Shown here: one piece after another, positions 41,068 to 54,961 of the stretch
Layout of the letters: every line of letters begins with the position of its first letter
Numbering within the stretch: position 1 is the first letter of the stretch
NCBI GenBank assembly: GCA_963665665.1
Contig: OY762428.1
Location: 3,328,001-3,392,000, forward strand
DNA length: 64,000 nucleotides
DNA from: Candidatus Kapaibacterium sp.
GTDB lineage: Bacteria > Bacteroidota > Ignavibacteria > Kapaibacteriales > UBA2268
Direction of reading: 5' to 3'
Made by a program: the position numbers and the translations under genes
The notes under the pieces: model-generated
The model's database searches: none
What the model saw: only the letters and a program-made list of their open reading frames with translations
What the model was told of the DNA's origin: nothing

Positions 41068-43203
41068 ATGAAATATTTTACCATCCTATTTATTACCATC
41101 TCGATAATTGCCATGAGTTGTACACAAAAAAACGAAACTGTTGAAGAACATCTGAATTATCCCGTAACCAAAAAAGTTGATACTGTTGATGCCTATTTCG
41201 GAACTGAAGTAGCGGACCCGTATCGCTGGCTGGAAGACGACCTGTCTGATGAAACTGCCGCATGGGTAAAAGCCCAGAATGAAGTGACATTTGATTATTT
41301 GGAAAAAATCCCATTCCGCGACAAAATTGCAAAAAGGCTTGAGAAGCTGATCAATTACGAAAGAATTTATGCCCCGGTAAAACATGGGAATTATTATTAT
41401 TTCTATAAGAACAGCGGCCTTCAGAACCAGAATGTTCTATACCGCAGAAAAGTTGACAGCGACAAAGAAGAAGTATTTCTTGACCCCAATAAATTCTCGG
41501 CGGACGGAACTACTTCTCTTGCCGGTACAAAATTCACGAAAGACGGATCGATGCTGGCATATTCCATTTCCGAAAAAGGTTCCGACTGGCGAAAGATAAT
41601 CGTTATAAAAGCTGATTCAAAAGAACAGGTGGGAGATACAATAAAAGATGTCAAATTCAGCGGTATCGCCTGGAAAGGAAACGAAGGCATTTATTATAGC
41701 AGTTACGACAAACCCAAGGACGGCAGTGAGTTTTCTGCAAAAAACCAGTATCATAAATTGTTCTGGCATCAGTTGGGAACTCCCCAAAGCGAAGACAAGC
41801 TCATATTTGGCGGAGAAAAACAGCCGAGGAGATATATTGGCGGAGGAGTTAGCGAAGATGAACGCTTCCTGATAATATCTTCTGCTCAGAGCACGAGTGG
41901 TAATGACCTTTATATAAAAGACCTGACTAAACCGGGCAGCCCGATTGTTCAGGTAGTGGATAATTTTGAGAAATCTCACGGAGTGGTTACCAACGACGGA
42001 AACAGGCTTCTGATACGTACTAATCTTGATGCACCGAACTACAGGCTGATTGAAGTTGATGCTGCTAATCCAAAACCTGAAAACTGGAAAGACCTGATTG
42101 CTGAGACTGAAAATGTTTTATCAGTTTCTTCAGGTGGTGGTAAAATATTTGCCGAATATATGATCGATGTAGCATCAAAAATTTATCAGTATGATATGAA
42201 TGGTAAGCGCGAGCATGAAATTGAGCTTCCGGGGCTTGGCAGTGCCGGCGGTTTTAGTTGCCGCAGGAATGAGAACGAATTATTCTATTCGTTTACATCC
42301 TTTACTTATCCCTCTGTTATTTACAAATATGAAATTGAAACAGGTGAATCCACCGTTTATATGATGCCGAAAGTTGATTTCAAACCGGACGATTACGAAA
42401 CCAAACAGGTGTTTTACAAAAGCAAGGACGGTACTGAAGTTCCAATGTTTATTGTCCATAAAAAAGGTATTAAACTTGACGGCAATAACCCTACCTACCT
42501 TTATGGCTACGGTGGTTTCAATGCCAGTATGACACCCGGTTTCAGTTCACTCAGGATAACATGGCTTGAAAACGGCGGGGTTTATGTATTGGCAAATATT
42601 CGCGGTGGCGGCGAGTATGGTGAAAAATGGCATGTTGCCGGTACAAAAATGCAGAAACAAAATGTATTTGATGATTTCATTGCAGCAGCCGAATACCTGA
42701 TTGATAATAAATATACATCATCGGACAGGCTTGCTATTGCCGGTGGATCAAATGGCGGGCTTCTTGTGGGTGCGGTTATGACCCAAAGGCCTGAGCTTGT
42801 GAAAGTAGCTCTTCCTGCAGTAGGCGTTATGGATATGCTTCGTTACCACAAATTCACAGCCGGAGCTGGCTGGGCCTATGACTATGGAACAAGTGACGAT
42901 TCCGAAGAAATGTTCAAATATCTTCATAAATACTCTCCCTTACATGCCTTGAAAGCGGGTGCAGAATATCCTGCAACGCTTATAACAACTGCTGATCACG
43001 ATGACAGGGTGGTACCGGCACATTCATTCAAATTTGCAGCTACTCTTCAGGAATGTCATAAAGGCAATAATCCTGTTCTTATCAGGATAGAAACCAATGC
43101 CGGCCACGGCGCCGGAACGCCAATCTCGAAAACTATCGAGCAATATGCCGATATATTTGCTTTTACCTGGTATAATATGGGATTTACACCCGAAAAATTA
43201 TAA
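41068..43203 (+). CDS. Prolyl oligopeptidase (S9A) lipoprotein
   Basis: DPYRWLED, YGYGGF, GGSNGGLL, DHDDRV, AGHGAG. Confidence 0.95.
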   Translation: MKYFTILFITISIIAMSCTQKNETVEEHLNYPVTKKVDTVDAYFGTEVADPYRWLEDDLSDETAAWVKAQNEVTFDYLEKIPFRDKIAKRLEKLINYERIYAPVKHGNYYYFYKNSGLQNQNVLYRRKVDSDKEEVFLDPNKFSADGTTSLAGTKFTKDGSMLAYSISEKGSDWRKIIVIKADSKEQVGDTIKDVKFSGIAWKGNEGIYYSSYDKPKDGSEFSAKNQYHKLFWHQLGTPQSEDKLIFGGEKQPRRYIGGGVSEDERFLIISSAQSTSGNDLYIKDLTKPGSPIVQVVDNFEKSHGVVTNDGNRLLIRTNLDAPNYRLIEVDAANPKPENWKDLIAETENVLSVSSGGGKIFAEYMIDVASKIYQYDMNGKREHEIELPGLGSAGGFSCRRNENELFYSFTSFTYPSVIYKYEIETGESTVYMMPKVDFKPDDYETKQVFYKSKDGTEVPMFIVHKKGIKLDGNNPTYLYGYGGFNASMTPGFSSLRITWLENGGVYVLANIRGGGEYGEKWHVAGTKMQKQNVFDDFIAAAEYLIDNKYTSSDRLAIAGGSNGGLLVGAVMTQRPELVKVALPAVGVMDMLRYHKFTAGAGWAYDYGTSDDSEEMFKYLHKYSPLHALKAGAEYPATLITTADHDDRVVPAHSFKFAATLQECHKGNNPVLIRIETNAGHGAGTPISKTIEQYADIFAFTWYNMGFTPEKL

Positions 43204-43575
43204 ATTCTATTTTTGATATTAGGATTGTTTACAATAATTTTATCGATCCGGGGCCTGGCTTCGGATCGATTTTTGTGTAAGCAATTATCAGCAATAATTC
43301 GTCAAAAATCAGTGCTGCCGTTGATTTCTGTTCTTCATCTAAAGAAGTGGCCGAGGAGTTCCGATAAATCGGGGCAGGCAGGAGTGGAGTTCTTCTCTTA
43401 TGCGAAATACTGAAATTTTGCCTTCATTCTCCACTTTGTTTTTCCACCTCCGACCGCTCCGCGGCCACCTCCGCCAGCGGAGGACAGCAAACTTGCTATG
43501 CGCCGCCAATTCTCGGGCCATTCAGGCGGAACGTCGAGGCTTTGCAGCAATTGATAATTAAGATCGAATATTTCG

Positions 43576-44619
43576 TTATCCCAGATGATCATTTTTTCCT
43601 GCAAGCCGTTTAATATCACTTTCCAGCTCGTCCAAATCTCTTTCATGCTCAAGGAACTTCTTCTTTTCATTATACTTATCATATTCCGCCGAGGATTTAT
43701 TTAATGCCTTCCGGTGGCTGATCTTCCCGGCATGTTCAAGAAGCTCCCTGCCGTTGAGCTGCAAAATAATATCCAGCCTTTCAATCCAATCCTTCATATA
43801 CATCGGCGTATGCTGCTGCGCCATTGTTTCAGCAAATGCAAGGTATTGTTCCACTAATAACCCAAGAAGCTTCATCTCATCTTCATTCAGGTAGTTTTTG
43901 GCTATACTGACATCATTTTTCCTGATCTTGTCAGCCGGTTTCCTGTCGAAGGAAATCATTCCCATTAGTGGCAAATCTGCGTTAGCCCTGTTATACACCA
44001 ATTCCGCTGCCGTATTCCTGCTAATTGCCCAAAGCAGCTTGTTTTGAACTATCTTAAAAAACTCAATAGTCTTCTTATCTTTCGGATCATAATCAATACT
44101 TGTTGTATAAATATCTTTGATCTTCTGATAGAAAAACCGTTCTGACAGGCGTATCTCCCGTATCCTGCTTTGAAGCTCGCTGAAGTAATTCATAGCGCTG
44201 CCCGACTTGAAGCGCCCGTCATTCAGAACAAATCCTTTAACTATATATTCTTTTAACCGCTTAGTTGCCCAGATACGAAATCTGGTGCCATTTATTGATT
44301 TTACCCGGTAACCCACGGAAATGATTACATCAAGATTATAATATCTCACATCCCGGGATTGGGTTTTTCCTTTAATAGCTCCATGCCGGGTGGTTGTTCG
44401 GAAATTCCGGACAACCACTTCTTCATCAAGCTCGCCTTCCTCGAATATATGCTTAATATGTTCGCTGATTGTAGCTTTCGATTTATCGAAAAGATCGCAC
44501 AGTTGGGCTTGCGTCAGCCATACGGTTTCATCTTCAAGGCGGACATCAATTTTTATATCACTATTGGCCGACTTATAAATAAGAATTTCACTATTTTCCG
44601 GATTTATTTCTGTATCCAT
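43576..44619 (-). CDS. Virulence RhuM-family protein
   Basis: TVWLTQ, YNLDVIISVGYRV.S..GTRFRIWAT, IREIRLSER.FYQKIKDIY, VQNKL. Confidence 0.9.
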   Translation of the reverse strand: MDTEINPENSEILIYKSANSDIKIDVRLEDETVWLTQAQLCDLFDKSKATISEHIKHIFEEGELDEEVVVRNFRTTTRHGAIKGKTQSRDVRYYNLDVIISVGYRVKSINGTRFRIWATKRLKEYIVKGFVLNDGRFKSGSAMNYFSELQSRIREIRLSERFFYQKIKDIYTTSIDYDPKDKKTIEFFKIVQNKLLWAISRNTAAELVYNRANADLPLMGMISFDRKPADKIRKNDVSIAKNYLNEDEMKLLGLLVEQYLAFAETMAQQHTPMYMKDWIERLDIILQLNGRELLEHAGKISHRKALNKSSAEYDKYNEKKKFLEHERDLDELESDIKRLAGKNDHLG

Positions 44620-44802
44620 ATCCCGCCATTGCCTGTAATTTTATAATTCATTAAATTATCAGAAGTTATACCTGTTATATTTTAAAATAACATCCCTGCT
44701 TCCAGTAATAGAATCTAATCAAAATTTTTATTAAATCCCAATATTTCGTCGCTGCTATAGTGATATTGGAACAGCCGCCGAATGGCCTCTGATTGTTAAT
44801 TA

Positions 44803-45029
44803 TCAATTCTCTATTGGATACCTATCCGAAACAGTGGCGCGCACGTTGCCCAAATGATCTGTTAAATGGTACTGTTTCTCACCAACAATTCTATAAAAAG
44901 CGCTGCCTCGTGGTATTTCACTCGGCGAGTACACAAGTTCTTCCTTCGGCTGGCGAATAGCGAACCTGCCCTGCGCCGCCGAGCCGTATATATCCCACTC
45001 GGAAAGGATGCGCTGGTTTTCAAAGAACG
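44803..45029 (-). pseudogene. RHS core remnant
   Basis: EWDIYGS...GEKQYHLTDHLGNVRATVSD is an RHS core motif; no upstream gene body. Confidence 0.8.
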
Positions 45030-45074
45030 GATATTTGATATATAATTGGTTCAAGATATTAAATACATCACTTG

Positions 45075-45371
45075 CTAATGCCTTGTCACCCAGTACTTTG
45101 GTTCTTTTTTCAAATTCATAACAGCCAAAATAGTGATCATATTTTTTTCATGGGAATATATTAAGCCATAAGGGAAGTTATTCAAAAGATATCTTCGGGT
45201 GCGTTGTGATATCTTTTGCCATGCCTGGGGATAAGATAAAATATTATCAATACCCTTCGTTACTTCCGTCAAAAATTTTGCTCCAAGCCCTTCACTACAT
45301 ATATTATAGTAATCAATAGCGTCGGCCAATTCTTTTGCAGCATCAATATGAAAGCGATAATTCAGGGTCAA
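45075..45371 (-). CDS. RelE/ParE-family type II toxin
   Basis: A..EL.DAIDYY...GLGAKF, RRYLL.NFPYGLIY, ILAVM...KEPKYW. Confidence 0.9.
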   Translation of the reverse strand: MTLNYRFHIDAAKELADAIDYYNICSEGLGAKFLTEVTKGIDNILSYPQAWQKISQRTRRYLLNNFPYGLIYSHEKNMITILAVMNLKKEPKYWVTRH

Positions 45372-45601
45372 ATCCTGTCCGCCATACTTTTTAGAACATC
45401 ATCTCCGGGAATCGTTCCGGCTCTGCCTTTGTTTAAATCATCGAGCCTGTTTTCAGCAAGTTCAGCCCATTTTTTTTCAATTCCGGGATCAATATTATTC
45501 AGGCTTTGCAACAATTCTTCAATTATTTTAATCCTCAATTCTGCAGGCAGCTTATTTGCCGAATCAATGATTTCTCGTGCATTTATCATAGTTATCTCCA
45601 T
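45368..45601 (-). CDS. Addiction-module antitoxin (TIGR02574-like)
   Basis: LP.E.R..IIEELLQSL...W.E.A..R; ATGA overlap with the toxin. Confidence 0.85.
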   Translation of the reverse strand: MEITMINAREIIDSANKLPAELRIKIIEELLQSLNNIDPGIEKKWAELAENRLDDLNKGRAGTIPGDDVLKSMADRI

Positions 45602-45728
45602 TATTCAATTTACATTATTAGACGAAATATACAAAAATTATTTATGATATTTTACCAGGCGATGACAATCAAATTGCAAATATTCATTGCCCGATTGAAT
45701 TATAATATTTTCGCTTCGCTCAACAAAT

Positions 45729-45928
45729 GGATAGAAGCTGGCTGCGGCTTAGCCGCAATTGATAATTGAAAATGAACAATTGAAAATGAAGAGGAATGAA
45801 CAGCCAACCCAATTGTTAATTCTCAATTTTCAATTTTTAATTGGATACGGCTGGCGAATAGCAAACCTGCCATGCGCCGCAGAGCCATATATATCCCACT
45901 CGGAAAGGATGGGTGTTTTCAAAGATCG
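45729..45928 (-). repeat. RHS-derived inter-cassette repeat
   Basis: 64-bp block 45848-45911 matches 44947-45010 and 47271-47334; 32-bp block 45729-45760 is identical to 48734-48765. Confidence 0.85.
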
Positions 45929-45950
45929 GGAAGATAATATATATAATTAA

Positions 45951-46893
45951 TTATATATTATCTCGTATGTTATTATTCAGTTTTTGAAGCAAACCAGAAT
46001 TTTCAATTACTGAAAAAGCAAAGCATTTCCTGCCCAGATCCTTCAGCGATGCGCCTATATGATATAGTTTGTGACCGTCAATTATCAGGAATCTGTCATG
46101 AAATTCCCTGCTCAGCCGTATTGAAAGCTTAGGATACTGGCTGTTAAATTTATCAATATCAGTTTTATTTATTTTATTCTTGTTAGTAATTATTATTACC
46201 CGAACAGATTTTGCTTTTTTCGAGAGCATATCAAGCAAACTATCGTTAATATAATTGTCGATAATCACTATTTGCTCTTTTGCAGTTTTAATCAGGCCGA
46301 TCACAAAGCTATAAGCATCGTATATTTGCCCTTTAAAAAATATCCCCTGTTTTTGCTCTAACGATCTGCTGCCGATAGTATTTAGAACTGCCTCAACCTT
46401 TCTATCTGCTTCCGCCTGCCTGATCTCTACTGTTTCTATCCTTTGGAGCAAACCTGCATTTGCCAAAAGATATTTCCGCATCTCAACAAAAGCATCCATA
46501 ATTCTAATACTTGTGTTAATGGCAGTTTCGCTCCTCAGTACTGCCGCCAGCATTGATACCCCCTGCTCGGTAAAGGTATAAGGGAAATACTTCTTATGTT
46601 TTCCGCGTCCTTTGTTTAAGGTCACATTTTGTGACCTTAAAGATATATTATCAGGATTAGAAGATTGCAACTTCAAATTATTATTACTTTTAGCTATATC
46701 TTGCAGTTTCAAACCCTCATATTCTTCAGCAGTAAGTCGAAACATGAATCGTTCAGGAAACCTTTTAATATTTCTTTTTTACAGCCTGATTAAGGGCTTT
46801 AGTTTCCACGCCATAAAGTTCTGCCAGGTCGCTGTCTGTCATAACCTGCATTCCCCTGACGGTAAATATTTTATCTGTAATATCAATATTCAT
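45951..46893 (-). pseudogene. ORF6N-domain protein with PLD-like C-terminus, frameshifted
   Basis: RGMQVM.DSDLAELYGVETKALNQAVK then one extra A in an A6 run (~46775-46780); PYTFTEQGVSML; FHDRFLIID..LYHIGASLKDLG. Confidence 0.85.
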
Positions 46894-47069
46894 CAATAAT
46901 AATCCCTGCAATAGGTGTGTTGTTATCCGGAACAGTATTTACATAGTGTAGATTATCCATAAGGGTAAAAAACAATTTATTTGCCAAACTTAATTTACAA
47001 ATTTTCTACAAAATATTGAAAAATATGATAATAAAATTATTGATTCACGAAAACGTAAGTCCATAACAC

Positions 47070-47355
47070 CAAAGCCCCAGCGGTTGCTGCCGCCAAAGAA
47101 GAAGCGGCCTTCCTCCATGAAACCATTGTCTGAACTATGATTTTTGGGATGGGCAGGATAATTTGGATAATAAATTGGAACATCCTTTAATCCTTCTTTA
47201 TCCTATACATCCCAGTGCAGAAAACGGAAACAGCCGACCCAATTGTTAATTCTCAATTTTTAATTGGATACGGCTGGCGAATAGCAAACTTACCATGCGC
47301 CGCCGAGCCGTATATATCCCATTCGGAGAGGATGGGTGTGAGTTTTCAAAGAACG
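47070..47355 (-). repeat. RHS-derived inter-cassette repeat
   Basis: Encodes ILSEWDIYGSAAHGKFAIRQP and FMEEGRFFFGGSNRWGF fragments shared with other modules. Confidence 0.8.
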
Positions 47356-47378
47356 TATATTTGTAAATATTTATTAAA

Positions 47379-48035
47379 TTATTGAGTATAATTATCTTCA
47401 ACAACTTTCATTTTCTCTTGATATAATTTTTCAAAAATATCTATCGTATTTAATGTATCCCATTTACCGTCGATATATCTTATTAAATCAATTAAATAAG
47501 AACCCTGCAAAAAACCATATTTAGCGTTATCCCAATAAACAACTCCAATTGAATCAATATAAAAATATCTTGGTATATAGGAAAAAGATCGTTTATCAAT
47601 TTCATCACCATATTCATATTTGTACCACGATGAACAAATAATATCTTTCATTATGATTTGTCTTTTATTTAATGATAAAGTATCAGATTCAACACTTATC
47701 TCAAAATACATATTATCAATTTTATTCAGTGGTAAAACTAAAAAAGTATCTTTCTTGAAAATTGTATTTTTGTTAAAATAGATTGCAGAATCATGTCTAT
47801 TTACTTTTTGAAAAATTAAGGAATTTGAGAAAGCCCCTTTGATATTATAAGAATGAGAACTATTAAAAATTAATACCGTATCTTCATAAGATATTAATTT
47901 ATTCCTTTTAATTTCTTTATCAAAAAGATTTCCATTAATTAGCCATTTTCGATATAAAACAATATCTGGGTTCTCTGTATCTTTACAAGAAAGTATAAAT
48001 AAGAGAAAAAAAACAAAAACAAATATTTTATTCAT
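47379..48035 (-). CDS. Low-GC lipoprotein, putative RHS immunity protein
   Basis: MNKIF...LSC lipobox; TAATG overlap with the RHS tip; very AT-rich. Confidence 0.65.
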   Translation of the reverse strand: MNKIFVFVFFLLFILSCKDTENPDIVLYRKWLINGNLFDKEIKRNKLISYEDTVLIFNSSHSYNIKGAFSNSLIFQKVNRHDSAIYFNKNTIFKKDTFLVLPLNKIDNMYFEISVESDTLSLNKRQIIMKDIICSSWYKYEYGDEIDKRSFSYIPRYFYIDSIGVVYWDNAKYGFLQGSYLIDLIRYIDGKWDTLNTIDIFEKLYQEKMKVVEDNYTQ

Positions 48036-48745
48036 TACTTTTTCCATTTATAATTTTTAAACCCATTATTTAACCATTCTTCAAATTCTTCTAACACATC
48101 CATTTTTGATGGACTATATTTACGATATTTTGTCATAAACGGCTTTATATCAGAAATATTCAGCCCTAATTGATTATTCAAAGCTTCCAGCATTTTTTTA
48201 GCTGACTTATCATAGGTTGTTCCTTTAATCCAAGGTGTACTGTGCAAGGCAGACCATTTGAAAGGTTTTAGATAGTCATAAGTAAATGAATATGGTAAAT
48301 CTGAATTTAGAGCTTCCCATCCCTTTTTGCGCCACGTCAACCAAAAATACGTATACTGATCACCATGTATAAATATCTCATGCATCCAAGTTTCAAACAT
48401 TTGAAAAACACAAAGATCACCTTCTCCTGCCCAATATATTTTATTACCGGTTTATTGTCAAGATAATATACAGCATAATGTTTGGTTATTTCGCCAGCTT
48501 GATCAATAAATGTTATTGGAGAATTTGATGCAAAAGCAAACGGACTTTGCCAAGGGAATAGTTCTTTCTCTGGATCTAAGCTCAAAAATCTCGCTGCCCT
48601 CACATCCAGCATCCTCGCCCTGAAATCAAGACTGTTCCCCGCCCCTTTTATCTTATCATCTTTCTCCATGCCGTTAAAGCCCCACCTGTTGCTGCTACCA
48701 AAGAAAAAGCGGCCTTCCTCCATGAAGCCGAAAGGATAGAAGCTG
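48035..48745 (-). pseudogene. Orphan RHS core end plus C-terminal toxin tip (split over two frames)
   Basis: FYPFG...RWGFNGMEKD...DFRARMLD...RFLSLDP...SPFAFASNSPI.FID..G; second frame MHEIFIHG. Confidence 0.8.
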
Positions 48746-49077
48746 GCTGCGGCTTAGCCGCAATTAACAATTGATAATGGATAATTAATAAATGAAGAGG
48801 AGAGGAGAGAAAATTTTCAAAGAACGTTTGTGCTACTGCTAAATATACAAATAATAGGGGAATAAAACTGCAAAATTTACTATTTATAAACAGGCTCTGA
48901 ATACCGGTTGGGATTGTCCCGGATGTACGGATAAAGTTATTGTTTCAAAAAATTTATAATATTATAATTACTTAGCTAATAACGAGACATTTTCCCGAAA
49001 TCTGCCGGGTTTGGCATATCTTTTATTTCATCAATCATCTGAGCTTGATTTCCAGTTTCCGGTACAGAAGCTTATAA

Positions 49078-50388
49078 CTAATCGATTTCCTCCCTGGGCA
49101 TTGGAAGAATGAATATTATCAGCATACCGGGAATTGTAGCAATGGCACTGAGTATAAATAATGTGGTGTAGCCCCATTCCATTTGAAGCAGGCCGCTCAG
49201 GAATCCTGGAATCATCATGCCCACGGCCATAAACCCTGTTGAAATTGCATAGTGGGTGGTTTTGAACTCGCCCTTTGAAACATACAACAGGTAAACCATG
49301 AAAGCCGTGAAACCAAGGCCGTAGCCAAACTGCTCGATAATGATACAAAGCTGAACCACGGGGTAGAAACTGATCATTGCCGCTTCGCCTGAAAACAGGA
49401 AGCTGAATATTCCAGGATTAAACTGCCACACAGTATCCGGCCTGACTGCCGACATGTAAACATAAAGTAAATTTGGCAGGTTCATGAACAGGGCCATTGG
49501 CCAGATCAATTTTCTAAGTGAGTATTTTTTTATCAATATTCCACCGAGAATACCACCGATTACAAGAGCTATAGTACCAAATGTACCGTACATTATACCA
49601 ACCTGACTAACGCTTATTCCCATTCCTCCGGCATCAGGGCTGTCCATAATAAAAGGTTGCGCCATTTTTACGAGAAGCCCCTCGCCAAGACGATACAAGA
49701 GAATAAATGCCAGAATTGCCACAATTCTTTCCTGTTTGAAGTATTGTCCGAATGCTTTGAAAAACGGAATTGTTCCCTTACTGCTTTTCACAGGGGCATC
49801 GGTTTCAGGTTTGGGCAGTATAAATCTGTGGTATAGCCCGAAAATAACGAAAAGCGCAGCAGCCAGGCCAAAGGCAAAGACCCAGCCGGTTTTGTCCTGT
49901 TCATTTGTACTGATACTTCCGGCAATAACAACAAGTATTCCACTGCCGAAGATCATAGAAAACCGATAGAAAGTTGATCTGATACCCGTAAAAAATGCCT
50001 GTTGTTTTTTGTCTAAGGCATGAAGGTAGTAACCGTCGGTTGCAATATCATGCGTTGCAGACAGAAATGCCCCGGCAGCAAATAGTGCAAGAACAGGATA
50101 GATATACCACGAAAGATTAAGGGCGAGGGCTGCAAGGCCGAAAATAAGGGCCATTGCCAGCTGCATGTTGATATGCCAATTCCTTTTGGTGGAATATGAA
50201 TCCAGCCAGGGAGCCCATAAAGGCTTAAAAGACCAGGGCAGGTACAGAAGGCTTGTATAGCCTATAATATCGTTTGAAGCGCCAAGGGCTTTCAGCATAA
50301 CAACCGACAGATTGTTAATCAGTATATAAGGCAGTCCCTCTGCAAAATATTGGGTGGGGATGTATAACCAGGGATTTCTTTTCTTCAT
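49078..50388 (-). CDS. AmpG-like MFS transporter
   Basis: YFAEGLPY, LPWSFKPLWAP, SATHDIATDGYY, LLYRLGEG. Confidence 0.85.
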   Translation of the reverse strand: MKKRNPWLYIPTQYFAEGLPYILINNLSVVMLKALGASNDIIGYTSLLYLPWSFKPLWAPWLDSYSTKRNWHINMQLAMALIFGLAALALNLSWYIYPVLALFAAGAFLSATHDIATDGYYLHALDKKQQAFFTGIRSTFYRFSMIFGSGILVVIAGSISTNEQDKTGWVFAFGLAAALFVIFGLYHRFILPKPETDAPVKSSKGTIPFFKAFGQYFKQERIVAILAFILLYRLGEGLLVKMAQPFIMDSPDAGGMGISVSQVGIMYGTFGTIALVIGGILGGILIKKYSLRKLIWPMALFMNLPNLLYVYMSAVRPDTVWQFNPGIFSFLFSGEAAMISFYPVVQLCIIIEQFGYGLGFTAFMVYLLYVSKGEFKTTHYAISTGFMAVGMMIPGFLSGLLQMEWGYTTLFILSAIATIPGMLIIFILPMPREEID

Positions 50389-50698
50389 TTGAAAACCAAA
50401 TTTATGTAAAAAACAAATATATGAATATTTTTTCCATCGCTTATTACTGTTCAACTAAGAAGTGATAAATAAGATTTTGTAATTGAATAATTTCGCTTTG
50501 CTGAAAAAAAATTTTGCAGGCATAAGAAATAAGAATAATTTTGAGACTATGGAAAAGTGTTCGTTTTCGAGCATTTCATATTTTATATATATTATTTCAG
50601 GAAAAACAAGTATAAGTTCCCACAAATAATAAAGTAAATTGAATTCCAATACGTCAGAGAAAATTGTAGTAATTAAAATATATTAAAGAAGAAGCAAG

Positions 50699-53854
<3,156 letters not shown>

Positions 53855-53895
53855 ATTTTTTAAAATTCTGATTTTTATAAATCTTCTCACACAAT

Positions 53896-53930
53896 ATTCC
53901 CCTTCCTGCAAGAAGGGGAATCTTTTTTCT
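53896..53930 (+). terminator. secA terminator
   Basis: ATTCCCCTTC...GAAGGGGAAT followed by T-run. Confidence 0.7.
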
Positions 53931-54046
53931 TATACAACCCAAATATTATTATTGATAAACTCATAAAAAATATATATATTTCCGTGGAAATAAGCATTGA
54001 GAAACAACGTTTCAATATATAGTTAATAATTTTATCAGGATGAATC

Positions 54047-54961
54047 ATGCGATACCTGGATCCAAAAAACGATTTAACTTTCAAGAAGATTTTCGGGCAG
54101 AATCCCTTGCTGCTGAAAAGCTTTCTGAATGCCCTGATGCCATTCGAGGAGGAACAATACATTGAAAGCCTTGAATATCTGAATCCTGAACTGGTTCCGG
54201 AAATACCGGTTTTAAAAAATTCCATTGTCGATGTTCGTTGTGTTGACAACAAGGGAAGGCAGTTTATAATTGAAATGCAGATGCTCTGGACAGACAGTTT
54301 CAAGTCCAGGGTGCTCTTCAATGCTTCCAAGGCTTACGTCAGCCAGATAGACAAAGGTATTAAGTTCGAATCACTATGCCCTGTTTACTCGCTAAACCTG
54401 ATAAATGACATATACCTGAAGGATGATCCCGATTATTATCACCACTACAGCATAGTGAATATTGAAAACAGCTCAGAAAAAATTGACGGACTTGAGTTTA
54501 TATTTATAGAGCTTCCGAAATTCAAACCTACTTCAATTACAGAAAAAAGAATGGCTGTATTGTGGCTAAGGTTTCTGACTGAATACGAAGAAAACCTTCC
54601 TGAAATACAGGAATTACGTGAAAGCGAAGAAATTCAGCAGGCTATCCATATTCTCGATAAATTTTCTTATTCACCGGCTGAACTTGCTGCATACGAAAAG
54701 TACTGGGACGCTGTAAGAACCGAAAGGTCAATGCTTTCCGATTCTGAAAAGAAAGGAATTGAAAAAGGTATTAAATTGGGCGAAGCTATTGGAGAAGCAA
54801 GAGGAAAAGAAATTGGAATAAAAAAAGGAGAAAGAAACGAAGCGGAAAAAATTGCAATAAAAAGCGTTGAAGCGGGGCTTCCCAATGAGCTGATAAGCAG
54901 GCTAACCGGACTGACAACCGATGAATTAAGCGCACTAAAAATGAAAATGAAGAATGAATAG
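54047..54961 (+). CDS. Rpn-family PD-(D/E)xK nuclease/putative transposase, copy 1 (304 aa)
   Basis: LDPKNDLTFKKIFG, VDVRC...IIEMQ, FIELPKF, G-x-x-x repeat tail, ISRLTGL. Confidence 0.92.
   Translation: MRYLDPKNDLTFKKIFGQNPLLLKSFLNALMPFEEEQYIESLEYLNPELVPEIPVLKNSIVDVRCVDNKGRQFIIEMQMLWTDSFKSRVLFNASKAYVSQIDKGIKFESLCPVYSLNLINDIYLKDDPDYYHHYSIVNIENSSEKIDGLEFIFIELPKFKPTSITEKRMAVLWLRFLTEYEENLPEIQELRESEEIQQAIHILDKFSYSPAELAAYEKYWDAVRTERSMLSDSEKKGIEKGIKLGEAIGEARGKEIGIKKGERNEAEKIAIKSVEAGLPNELISRLTGLTTDELSALKMKMKNE

Noticed and set aside
43486-48826. Classical integron with attC sites
   Set aside because: No integron integrase; the repeats translate as RHS core fragments and lack RYYYAAC/GTTRRRY ends
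53996-54016. ATTGAGAAAC-AAC-GTTTCAAT in the Rpn leader resembling CRISPR repeat ends
   Set aside because: Only a short hairpin present once per duplicated unit, with no spacer structure
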